From: an uncultured Clostridia bacterium
Lineage (GTDB): Bacteria > Bacillota > Clostridia > Christensenellales > Aristaeellaceae
Assembly (NCBI GenBank): GCA_946538975.1
Contig: CAMNHF010000001.1
Span: 10,431 to 74,430, forward strand
Length of the DNA stretch: 64,000 bases
Direction of reading: 5' to 3'
Positions 16,376 through 24,154 of this stretch are shown in pieces (position 1 is the stretch's first letter; each line of letters begins with the position of its first letter). Position numbers and translations under genes: made by a program. Under the pieces are notes generated by a model. It did no database searches. It was not told where the DNA came from and saw only the letters and a list, made by a program, of their open reading frames with translations.

Positions 16376-16379
16376 GAAG

Positions 16380-17333
16380 TCAGCGGAAAATGACCTCGAA
16401 GGCGTTGTACAGCATGAAGCGGCCGAAGGTGGAGCTGTGGGAGAATTCGGTAAGGCAGAAATAGAGATTGTTTGCCTTCGGATCGCGGCCGTAGGAGAAG
16501 CGCTCCGTGTCGGCAATCATGAGGGCGATCAGCTCTGTCATGGAGTAGGCGGAGTCGCTCACGCCCCCGCAGGCGGAATAGATGAAGATGTCCTTGTTCT
16601 TCAGGCTGTCCATCGATGCCGCAACGGCCTCGTACTGGGTCTGCGCATCCGGGCCGAAGCCGGTTTCGCCGGACCAGGGCATGAACCAGCGGGCCACGTC
16701 CGAGAGCTCGCTCATCATCCCCCAGGTGATCATGCTGCCGCGGCTGTAGCCGTTGAAGGCGCGGTGATCCCGGGAAGCAATGAAGCCCGCCTCGTCCGGC
16801 GTCTCCGCATAGGTGCTGTAGGTGCTCTCGATCAGGGGCATGATGTCCTGCCGCAGCTCCTGCGGCCAGAGCGCGACAACTTCGCCGGTCTTCCGCCGCT
16901 GGTCGTTGAAGTAGGACGGATAGACGAAGATCAGCGGCTCGCAGATGCCCCGGGCGATCATATTGTCCAGCGCGTTCTTGTAATAGGCGTACTGGATCAG
17001 GTCGGCAGCCCCGGCCTCCGCGCCGTGGGTGTAGTAGATGATGTTGTACTGCCGCGTTTCGTCGTAGCCGAAGGGCAGATACACATACATCACCTTGCTG
17101 ATGGGGTCATCCCCGTAGACGGTGGCCTGGTACTTGATCTTGACCACGGTGCCGGGCTGGTCGCTGGGCTCGTCGTAGTACGTCTCGTCATAGTGGCGGA
17201 ACACGGTCTCCGCGCCGACAATGTCCGTGGTGACATAGAGCGTGTCCTCGCCGGGCGCGCGCGATTCGGCGCCTGCGGGGAGCAGGGCGCAGAGCGTCAT
17301 CAGGGCCAGCAGCAGGGCAATGAGCTTTTTCAC
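16380..17333 (-). CDS. secreted esterase, putative-esterase/CE1-like family (paralog 4)
   Basis: GTG start (aa 54 of ORF 16380..17492) preceded by GGAGGA. Signal peptide (M)KKLIALLLALMTLCALLPAGA. YVYLPFGYDETRQYNIIYYTHG and STYAETPDEAGFIASRDHRAFNGYSRG. Confidence 0.75.
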   Translation of the reverse strand: MKKLIALLLALMTLCALLPAGAESRAPGEDTLYVTTDIVGAETVFRHYDETYYDEPSDQPGTVVKIKYQATVYGDDPISKVMYVYLPFGYDETRQYNIIYYTHGAEAGAADLIQYAYYKNALDNMIARGICEPLIFVYPSYFNDQRRKTGEVVALWPQELRQDIMPLIESTYSTYAETPDEAGFIASRDHRAFNGYSRGSMITWGMMSELSDVARWFMPWSGETGFGPDAQTQYEAVAASMDSLKNKDIFIYSACGGVSDSAYSMTELIALMIADTERFSYGRDPKANNLYFCLTEFSHSSTFGRFMLYNAFEVIFR

Positions 17334-17361
17334 GGTCGTTCCTCCTTCCTTGCAGGGGCAG

Positions 17362-18573
17362 TCACTGGAGATAGGCGTCCATGTAGTCGAAGTAGTTGTT
17401 CCAGTCCTCCGGGGTGATGCCGTGGTTTCCCGTGCGCATGTGATAGGCCATGCTCTCCGTGAAGATCCGCTCGCCCGGGGCAGGCTGTTCAACAGGCGCG
17501 TCCTCGATCACCTCGCGGCCCCAGATGCGGAAGGCGTCGCGGGAGAGCATCAGGGCGATCCAGGTGCCCTGGGAGTCGTTAGAGGTGTCGGTCTCGGCGC
17601 TGGAGATGTAGACCTTGCGGGGCGCGACGCAGGCGATCAGCTCGTGCTGGTCCACCGGCAGCTCCTCCACGCGGTCGTTGTAGGTCTTGCAGGTTTCGCT
17701 CATCCACCAGCGGAAGTTGGCGTTCAGGTCGGCCAGCTGCTCCTTGGCGCAGCTGCGGGTCAGGGCCGCGCCGCAGGTGCCGCTGACATTGGGGATCACC
17801 AGCGCCACGCGGTCGTCGTTCGCGCCGTACCACAGGGCAGCCTTGCCCAGACGGGAGGTGCCCACCACCGCCAGACGGCTCGCGTCCACCTGCGGATCCT
17901 GCACCAGCCAGTCCGCCATACAGGTGAGCTCCAGCGCCCAGGCGCTCATGCCGGAGACCGTGTCCTTCTCAAAGATGGAGAACAGGCGCTTCTTGTAGCT
18001 GCGGACGGTGTCCGGCACAAAGTCGTTGTAGCAGGCGACGGCGATGCCATAGCCCCGCTTCACCGCCTCCTCAACGCACCAGCTGGCGGCGCCCTGGCCG
18101 CGGGTGCCCTCCTTGATCTTGGGATACTTGTTCATGGAGTAGGAGGGGAGAATCGCCGGATCCGCCAGCACGGTGTGCACCTCGCCGCCCAGGCCGAACA
18201 CCACGGGCACAGGCGCGTCCGACTTGGGCAGGATCATCAGCATCAGCGCGTCGCAGGAGCCCATCGGCGTGGTGATGGTGATCCTCACCTGCCGGCGGAT
18301 GGCAGCGCCGTCCAGGGTTTCGCCTTCCTCCAGCAGCTCAAAGCTCTTCTCAAAGCCCTCCTGCGGGATGGGGCCGTACATGCTGTCGGCAAAGAGCGCC
18401 AGCAGCTCCGTCCGCCGCGCCGCCATCTTTTCCGGCGAATCGACGGGCGTTCCGTCCTCCATCGTCATCAGCTCGGGCAGATTGACATAGGTCCGGCCAA
18501 AGATCTCCTCGGCCCGGACCGCCATCGGCAGCAGCAGCGCAAGGGCCAGCAGCAGGGCAAACAGTCGTCTCAT
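17362..18573 (-). CDS. CE15-like glucuronoyl esterase
   Basis: Signal peptide MRRLFALLLALALLLPMAVRA. The block VVGTSRLGKAALWYG resembles the CE15 nucleophile motif G-C-S-R-x-G-K. Start at an internal Met with RBS GGGAGG. Confidence 0.65.
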   Translation of the reverse strand: MRRLFALLLALALLLPMAVRAEEIFGRTYVNLPELMTMEDGTPVDSPEKMAARRTELLALFADSMYGPIPQEGFEKSFELLEEGETLDGAAIRRQVRITITTPMGSCDALMLMILPKSDAPVPVVFGLGGEVHTVLADPAILPSYSMNKYPKIKEGTRGQGAASWCVEEAVKRGYGIAVACYNDFVPDTVRSYKKRLFSIFEKDTVSGMSAWALELTCMADWLVQDPQVDASRLAVVGTSRLGKAALWYGANDDRVALVIPNVSGTCGAALTRSCAKEQLADLNANFRWWMSETCKTYNDRVEELPVDQHELIACVAPRKVYISSAETDTSNDSQGTWIALMLSRDAFRIWGREVIEDAPVEQPAPGERIFTESMAYHMRTGNHGITPEDWNNYFDYMDAYLQ

Positions 18574-18624
18574 GGAAAAGCCTCCCTTCGGATCGGTTGA
18601 CAGGAAATGGATTCGGTTGATTCT

Positions 18625-18692
18625 ACCATACAAAAAAGTGCGGCCCGCCGCAAGGCGAACCGCGCAAGTGTGCGTTTTTGCAACGCATATGG
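18625..18692 (-). promoter_or_regulatory. LytTR-type direct-repeat operator plus -10 box, site S3 (upstream of the CE15 gene)
   Basis: Minus strand reads CCATATGCG, 12 nt, ACACTTGCG, 32 nt, TATGGT. It lies 17 nt after the kinase stop. Confidence 0.55.
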
Positions 18693-18708
18693 GATGACCG
18701 GCCGCGCC

Positions 18709-20025
18709 TCAGCCTTCCTCCGGCGCCAGGAGCAGGATGTCCAGGAAGAACAGCCGGCCGCGCTGCTGGGCGGTGAGCATGCCGTTGTATTTCTTCGTGA
18801 TGCGGTCCATGCTCTTCATGCCGAAGCCGTGCCAGTCCGGATCCTCCTTGGTCCGGGGCAGGCCGTCCACAAACTCGATGTCCTCCGCGCAGGGATTCTC
18901 CATGTGGATGGTCAGCATGTTGCCGTCGCGGGCCGCGGACAGGGAGATGAAGCGCTCCACGTTCTCCGGCAGGGCCGACACGGCGTTGATGGCGTTGTTG
19001 AGGGCGTTCTGGAACAGGGAATACAGATCCAGCTCCTCCACAAAGGAGAAGTCGGTCTGGCCCAGGCTGCAGGTCAGCACAATGCCGCGCTGCTGGCAGA
19101 TGCCGATCTTCTCCGCCAGCAGGACGTCCAGCACCTCGTTGCCGGAGTTGGCGGGGCGCTCATAGGCCGCGATGGACATCTTCAGCTGGTCCAGCTGCTC
19201 CTGCGGCACGACGCCCCGGAAGGACTTGAGCAGGTGCTTCAGGTCGTGGTATTTCTCCGCGATCAGCTGGGCGCTTTCCTTGCTGGCCTCGTACTGCACC
19301 CGCTGCTGATGCACAAGCTCGCGCATGGTCTCCACGTGGCTGCTCAGCCGGGCCTGCTCCATCACGCCGAACTGCAGGGCCATCGCCAGCACGTCGATCA
19401 GGATCTGCAGCACGGCTTCCGCGAACACCGCCATGCTGTTCCGGTCGGGGTTGTCCTGGGTCAGGCGCGCCATGCCGATGCACAGCAGCAGCACCGCCGC
19501 CGAGAACACCGCCTTGATCTTGTTGTCGAAGTTCCCCTCCCTGCGCTTTGCAAAGGGCCGGATCAGAAAGAAAATCAGCACGTAGACCAGCCCGTAGCAG
19601 CTCAGATCCACCAGCGCGATTCCGGCATCCGTGCCGGCCAGCTGATTCACAAAGCCCAGCTGCCGGAAGATCGTCTTGACGCTGCCGCCGGCATCCTGCG
19701 CCAGATAACCCGACGTGGCGGCAAACATGGCCGTCCAGACCGATTCATCGAAGCAGCACCAGGTGATGCCGATCAGGATCACGTAGACAATGAAGGAAAC
19801 CACCGTATGCGACAGCATCGCCTGGGCTGTGCTGCCGGGTATGTACAGATGGCGCACCACGGCAAACATGAAACCCATGCCGGCCGTCAGGGAGATGAGC
19901 AGGCGCGGCAGGAAGCCGGCCCGCTTTTTCATCGAGTAGGAGAACATGAACAGCCCGAGCACCGACTGCAGCAGCACCAGCGCGCTTCGCCAGTCGCGGT
20001 ACCACATGGGCATATAGGACGACAC
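18709..20025 (-). CDS. polytopic sensor histidine kinase (GHKL, LytTR-partner type)
   Basis: Six to seven N-terminal TM helices, H-box KYHDLKHLL, and a C-terminal ATPase region (NALNNAINA...DGLPRTKEDPDWHGFGMKSM). Start proposed at GTG 6 nt after GGAAGGAG (aa 28 of ORF 18709..20106). The start is uncertain. Confidence 0.75.
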   Translation of the reverse strand: MSSYMPMWYRDWRSALVLLQSVLGLFMFSYSMKKRAGFLPRLLISLTAGMGFMFAVVRHLYIPGSTAQAMLSHTVVSFIVYVILIGITWCCFDESVWTAMFAATSGYLAQDAGGSVKTIFRQLGFVNQLAGTDAGIALVDLSCYGLVYVLIFFLIRPFAKRREGNFDNKIKAVFSAAVLLLCIGMARLTQDNPDRNSMAVFAEAVLQILIDVLAMALQFGVMEQARLSSHVETMRELVHQQRVQYEASKESAQLIAEKYHDLKHLLKSFRGVVPQEQLDQLKMSIAAYERPANSGNEVLDVLLAEKIGICQQRGIVLTCSLGQTDFSFVEELDLYSLFQNALNNAINAVSALPENVERFISLSAARDGNMLTIHMENPCAEDIEFVDGLPRTKEDPDWHGFGMKSMDRITKKYNGMLTAQQRGRLFFLDILLLAPEEG

Positions 20026-20737
20026 TATCTGCTCCTTCCTTGTACTGCGCCAGCGCGGCCAGGAACTCCTTCCGCTTGGACTTGCTGATGGGCAGGCTGT
20101 CCTCATGCACCCGCACCGTGTCGCCCACGATGCCCCGCACGTATTTCAGGTTCACCAGATAGCAGGCGTTGCAGCGGACGAAATGCCCCTGCTGCAGCTG
20201 CTCCTCGTAGGACTTGAGCGAGCCCCACTGCCGGAAGGTCTCCGTGCCGGTGTGGATCAGGATGTCGTGATTGGACACCTCCAGATAGATCACGTCGTCC
20301 GCGCTGATCCGGCGGATGTCCTCCTTCGTGCGCAGTTCCAGGGTCAGCTCGGTGCTCTGATGCGACAGGATCCGGCAGACCCGGTCCATCTTCGCGGCGA
20401 ATTCCTCGTAGCGCACCGGCTTGAGCACGTAATCAAACGCCCGCACTGCGTAGCCCTCGATGGCGTACTGGGTCAGCATGGTGATGAAGATGATCATCAC
20501 CTGCTCATCCTTCTGCCGGATCTGCCGGGCCACGTCGATGCCGAGCATGTCCGGCATCTGGATGTCCAGGAAGATGAGATCCGCGTCGCAGCTGTACGCC
20601 TCGAGGAACAGCAGCGGGCTGGCATAATGCTGCACGGTGCAGGTGAAATCCGGGTGATTCTTCCCGTAGCGCTCCAGCATCTGCATCAGGTGCTGCGCCT
20701 GCTCCTCCTGATCCTCCAGGATCATGATCTTTCGCAT
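19745..20737 (-). CDS. LytTR-family response regulator with an anomalous ~95-aa C-terminal read-through tail
   Basis: REC domain (MRKIMILEDQ...DLIFLDIQMPDMLG...KP) plus a LytTR domain (IYLEVSNHDILIHT...FVRCNACYLVNLKYV). No in-frame stop until 19745, so the ORF overlaps the kinase 5' end. Confidence 0.75.
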   Translation of the reverse strand: MRKIMILEDQEEQAQHLMQMLERYGKNHPDFTCTVQHYASPLLFLEAYSCDADLIFLDIQMPDMLGIDVARQIRQKDEQVMIIFITMLTQYAIEGYAVRAFDYVLKPVRYEEFAAKMDRVCRILSHQSTELTLELRTKEDIRRISADDVIYLEVSNHDILIHTGTETFRQWGSLKSYEEQLQQGHFVRCNACYLVNLKYVRGIVGDTVRVHEDSLPISKSKRKEFLAALAQYKEGADSVVLYAHVVPRLAKRAGAAAVGARAVHVLLLDEKAGRLPAAPAHLPDGRHGFHVCRGAPSVHTRQHSPGDAVAYGGFLHCLRDPDRHHLVLLR

Positions 20738-20813
20738 CCGTTCCCTCCTCCCCCGATGAAGATTCGCTTCTGATTCCATTATCCGAAGTGCTTTGTGCTC
20801 TGTCTGTATGGAG

Positions 20814-20842
20814 ATTATACCATGCCGGGAAAAAGGACGCAA
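20814..20842 (-). promoter_or_regulatory. putative sigma-A promoter of the response-regulator/kinase operon
   Basis: Minus strand TTGCGT, 17 nt, TATAAT about 75 nt upstream of the RR start. Coordinates were anchored on the ORF-track stop at 20815 because my base count was off by 1 here. Confidence 0.45.
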
Positions 20843-20980
20843 TACGTCACGGACGCATGCGCTTGATGCCACTGCTTCTGTGCTGCCCCTCCCCCGGCGG
20901 AGCCCGCATCAGCCGTAACAGCTGCGCAGGCTTGCAGAATGCCGGTCAGCCCTGCCTGATCTGCGTTTTCTACATTTCCC

Positions 20981-21016
20981 GAATTGAAAAGCGCCCTGCC
21001 CAAGCGGGCAAGGCGC
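20981..21016 (-). terminator. rho-independent terminator after the 21072..23990 gene
   Basis: Minus strand GCGCCTTGCCC, gctt, GGGCAGGGCGC followed by TTTTCAATTC. Confidence 0.6.
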
Positions 21017-21071
21017 CATCAGGATTCCTTGGGTTCCTTTTGCCAGGAACAGTAGAAGCAGGGTTATGAAA

Positions 21072-23990
21072 TCAGAACTGGTGGTTCAGGACGATCACCC
21101 GGAACATCGCGAGGCCGCTGTTCTTGAAGGCCGCCTGGCCGATGCGCGTCAGCGGCGTTTCCGCCTCGTAGTTGACCGTGGTCAGCTGCGCGCAGTTCTC
21201 AAAGGCGGAGGTGCTGATCAGGGTCAGGAAGCGCGGCAGGGTGACGGTCACGACGCCCGTGGCCTTGAAGGCGTTTGCGCCGATGACGGTCACGGTGTTG
21301 CGGTCATTGTCGTAGGTCGGGATGACAATCTCGGCCGCGGAGCCGGTGTAGGCGGTCAGGGTGGTGGTGCCGTCGGTGCCGGCGGTGAAGGTGAAGGGCA
21401 TGTCGGCGAGCGCCTTCGCGCTGTCGGAGATCTGCTCCGTGCCGTCTTCGAAGGTCACCACGCAGCGCACGGTCAGGCCGGGCAGGTCGGCGTCCATCGT
21501 CAGCGTCAGGCTGGCTCCGGTTTCGCCCTCGAAGGCGATGAAGCCGCCGTCCGCCTCGTACTCCCACTGATAGGCGGCCTCAGTGGCGGTCTCCACCGTG
21601 AAGGTCACATCGCTGCCGAAGGCGGCCGTCTGGTCGGTGGGCTGGGTGGTGATGCCCTCGGGCTGCGGCAGGAGCAGCGCCGCGCTGTCGGACTCCGTGG
21701 AGCCGACGGAGTTGGTCGCCACCACGCGGTAGATATTCGCCGCACGGTATTCGCTGACAGGGAAGGTCAGCGTATCCGTCGTGGTGCCGACCCAGACGCT
21801 GGATTCGGTCAGATCGTGCCAGGTCTTGCCCTGATCGCGGGAGTACTGCCACTTGTAGGACACAGCGTAGTCCGCCTCGGCATGGAAGGTTACCTTGGCG
21901 CCGATTTCACCGGTCTGATCCTCGGGCTGCAGGGTGAATACAGGCTTCTCCTTCAGCAGACTGACCTGAACCTCATTGGAGGGCATGGAACCGGCCGCAT
22001 TGGTCAGCATGACGCGGTACAGGTTCTTCGCGCGGGCCGCGGTCACCGGGAAGGAGAGCGCACTGGTCTTGGTGCCGGTGAAGGTGCCCTCGGTCAAATT
22101 ATGCCAGCTTGTCTGCGAGGGCGCCTTGTACTGCCACTGATAGCTCTCGGCGTTGGCGGAAACCACGGTCAGGGTCACCGTTTCGCCTTCCGGCACCGTC
22201 GTGTTCACCGGCTGAACGTCAATCGTCGGCACCGTCAGGATCGTGAACGTCGCGGCCTCCGAGGCCAGGCTGTCCAGGCTGCTGGAAACCACGCAGCGGT
22301 AGAAATTCTTCGCGCGGATGTTGGTGATCTGGAAGGTCATTTCGGCGGTCTTGGCGCCTGCCCAGGTGAGGTTGTGCCAGGAATCCTGGGTGGGCGTCTT
22401 GTACTGCCACTGATAGCCGGTGGCGCCGTTCGCGGTGACGCTCAGCGTGACCGTCTCGTTCAGCAGGGCTTCCTTCCCCTGCGGCTGCACCGTGATCTCC
22501 AGCGGCAGCGCCGTGATCACCATCACCGCATCGGATTCCGCGGAGCCCAGCGGGTTGGACGCGATGACGCGGTACTCGTTCTTCGCGCGGCCCGAGGTCA
22601 CCGGGAAGGTCAGCGTATTGGTCGTGGTGCCGGTGCAGGTGCCCTCGGACAAATCATGCCAGCTGTCCTGGGTGGGCGCCTTGTACTGCCACTGCCAGGT
22701 CATGGCGTCGCTGGCCTCGGCCGTGAAGGTGACCGTCTCGCCGACCGGGCAGTACTGATCCGTGGGCTGCGCGGTGAAGATCGGCACGCTGGTGATGATC
22801 GCGCGGACGGCTTCCGTGGCCACGGTTTCAGAGCTGTTCTTCAGCACGACGCGGTACTCGTTCTTCGCGCGGCCCGTGGTCACCGGGAAGGTCAGCGTGT
22901 TGGTCTTGACACCCACGCAGGTGCCTTCGGTCAGGTTGTGCCAGCTCGTCTGGGTGGGCGCCTTGTACTGCCACTGATAGCTGGTGACGCCGCTCGCGCT
23001 GACGGTGAAGGTGGCGCTCTCGCCCGCCGCGCTGACATAGGCGTTCACGGGAGCCTTCTTGACGACAATGGGCGTATAGACCGTCGCGGTGACCTCATTG
23101 GAATAGGCCGTGCCGCTGGCGTTGGACGCAGCCAGACGGTAGGCGTTCTTCGCCGAGCCGTTGGTCAGGGTGAAGGACATGATGTCGGTCTTTGTGCCGA
23201 AGCTGTCGAACACATTGCCCTCGGTCATGTTGTGCCAGCTGGTCTGCGAGGGGGCCTTGTACTGCCACTGATAGGCGTCCGCGCCGGTCACGGTGGCCGA
23301 GAAGGTGACCGTCGCGCCTAGCTCCAGCGTGACGCTTTCGGGCTGGTCGTTGAACACGGGCAGGGCATCAGCCTGCTCCAGCTCGGGCACGGCGGGATCG
23401 AAGGCGTCCTCGGCGACTTCCTCCACCTCATCGGCGAAGGAGGTATCCTTCAGCGCGGGGCAGCCGGCGAAGGCCTTGCTGCCGATCTTCTTCAGGGCAT
23501 GCGCGGTGACCTTCTCCAGCTTTTCGCAGCCAAGGAAGGCTTCGGCCTGGATCTCCTCCACCGTGTCGGGCAGTTCGATCTCTTCCAGGTTCACCAGCCC
23601 GGCGAAGGCCTTTTCACCGATGACCTTCACGCCCTCGGGCACGACGATGAAATCCACATCGGAGAGGCAGGCGACGAGCACGTCATCCTCGATCGTGAAC
23701 AGCGCCGGGAGCTCTTCCTCGATCCGGATGATCTCCTCCGCCTCCTCGGGGAGCAGCTCTTCCTCCTCCCAGGCGGTCAGCTCCTCCTCGACGGACAGCT
23801 CCTCCTGCTCATACTGAACCGGTTCGGGTTCTTCTTCAATCTCGAACAAAACCGGTTCCTCTTCAAAGGTCAGCATTTCCTCCTCTTCAAAGGCAAAGGC
23901 GGTCTCCTCGACCTCCTCGGCCATTGCGGGAAGAACCAGGCCGCAGACAAGTGTCAGGGCCAGAAACAGGGCCAGCAGACGGTTCTTCAT
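21072..23990 (-). CDS. large secreted surface protein: acidic linker, BspA-type leucine-rich repeats and 7 Ig-like tandem repeats
   Basis: Signal peptide MKNRLLALFLALTLVCGLVLPAMA (start at aa 24 of the ORF, RBS GGAAGGAG). LRR blocks KVIGEKAFAGLVNLEEIELPDTVEEI at both ends. Seven ~95-aa repeats centred on YQWQYKAP(S/T)QxSWHNL. Confidence 0.8.
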   Translation of the reverse strand: MKNRLLALFLALTLVCGLVLPAMAEEVEETAFAFEEEEMLTFEEEPVLFEIEEEPEPVQYEQEELSVEEELTAWEEEELLPEEAEEIIRIEEELPALFTIEDDVLVACLSDVDFIVVPEGVKVIGEKAFAGLVNLEEIELPDTVEEIQAEAFLGCEKLEKVTAHALKKIGSKAFAGCPALKDTSFADEVEEVAEDAFDPAVPELEQADALPVFNDQPESVTLELGATVTFSATVTGADAYQWQYKAPSQTSWHNMTEGNVFDSFGTKTDIMSFTLTNGSAKNAYRLAASNASGTAYSNEVTATVYTPIVVKKAPVNAYVSAAGESATFTVSASGVTSYQWQYKAPTQTSWHNLTEGTCVGVKTNTLTFPVTTGRAKNEYRVVLKNSSETVATEAVRAIITSVPIFTAQPTDQYCPVGETVTFTAEASDAMTWQWQYKAPTQDSWHDLSEGTCTGTTTNTLTFPVTSGRAKNEYRVIASNPLGSAESDAVMVITALPLEITVQPQGKEALLNETVTLSVTANGATGYQWQYKTPTQDSWHNLTWAGAKTAEMTFQITNIRAKNFYRCVVSSSLDSLASEAATFTILTVPTIDVQPVNTTVPEGETVTLTVVSANAESYQWQYKAPSQTSWHNLTEGTFTGTKTSALSFPVTAARAKNLYRVMLTNAAGSMPSNEVQVSLLKEKPVFTLQPEDQTGEIGAKVTFHAEADYAVSYKWQYSRDQGKTWHDLTESSVWVGTTTDTLTFPVSEYRAANIYRVVATNSVGSTESDSAALLLPQPEGITTQPTDQTAAFGSDVTFTVETATEAAYQWEYEADGGFIAFEGETGASLTLTMDADLPGLTVRCVVTFEDGTEQISDSAKALADMPFTFTAGTDGTTTLTAYTGSAAEIVIPTYDNDRNTVTVIGANAFKATGVVTVTLPRFLTLISTSAFENCAQLTTVNYEAETPLTRIGQAAFKNSGLAMFRVIVLNHQF
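21414..23363 (-). repeat. coding tandem repeat array (7 x ~285 bp Ig-like modules)
   Basis: (Y/W)QW(Q/E)Y recurs at aa 263, 361, 456, 549, 640, 735 and 830 of the ORF, with conserved TLTFPVTxGRAKNxYRV blocks. Confidence 0.8.
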
Positions 23991-24060
23991 GGTGTCTCTC
24001 CTTCCGCCGCAAACGCAGAGTGCATTCATGATTGGCAACAATTCCGAACTTATCATCATG

Positions 24061-24089
24061 ATTATATCACAGGGATTTCACGAAAGCAA
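24061..24089 (-). promoter_or_regulatory. putative strong sigma-A promoter of the 21072..23990 gene
   Basis: Minus strand TTGCTT, 17 nt, TATAAT with TG at -15/-14, about 65 nt upstream of the start codon. Confidence 0.55.
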
Positions 24090-24154
24090 GACTTTCCCGC
24101 CACTCCGCGCCGGCCTGTCCGCGATGGGGCAGGCCGGCCGGATGACCTGCAGGC

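Noticed and set aside
20815-21003. 62-aa ORF upstream of the LytTR two-component genes, considered as an AgrD-like autoinducing-peptide precursor. An AgrB-like gene was also sought.
   Set aside because: Its start lies inside the terminator hairpin of the upstream gene and it has no RBS. It is Ala/Gly-rich with no amphipathic leader or Cys/Ser core, and it overlaps the predicted promoter. No AgrB-like membrane protease is present.
21414-23363. Regularly spaced ~285-bp DNA repeats, considered as a possible CRISPR or satellite array.
   Set aside because: The period is far too long for CRISPR. The repeats are in frame inside one long ORF and encode Ig-like modules.
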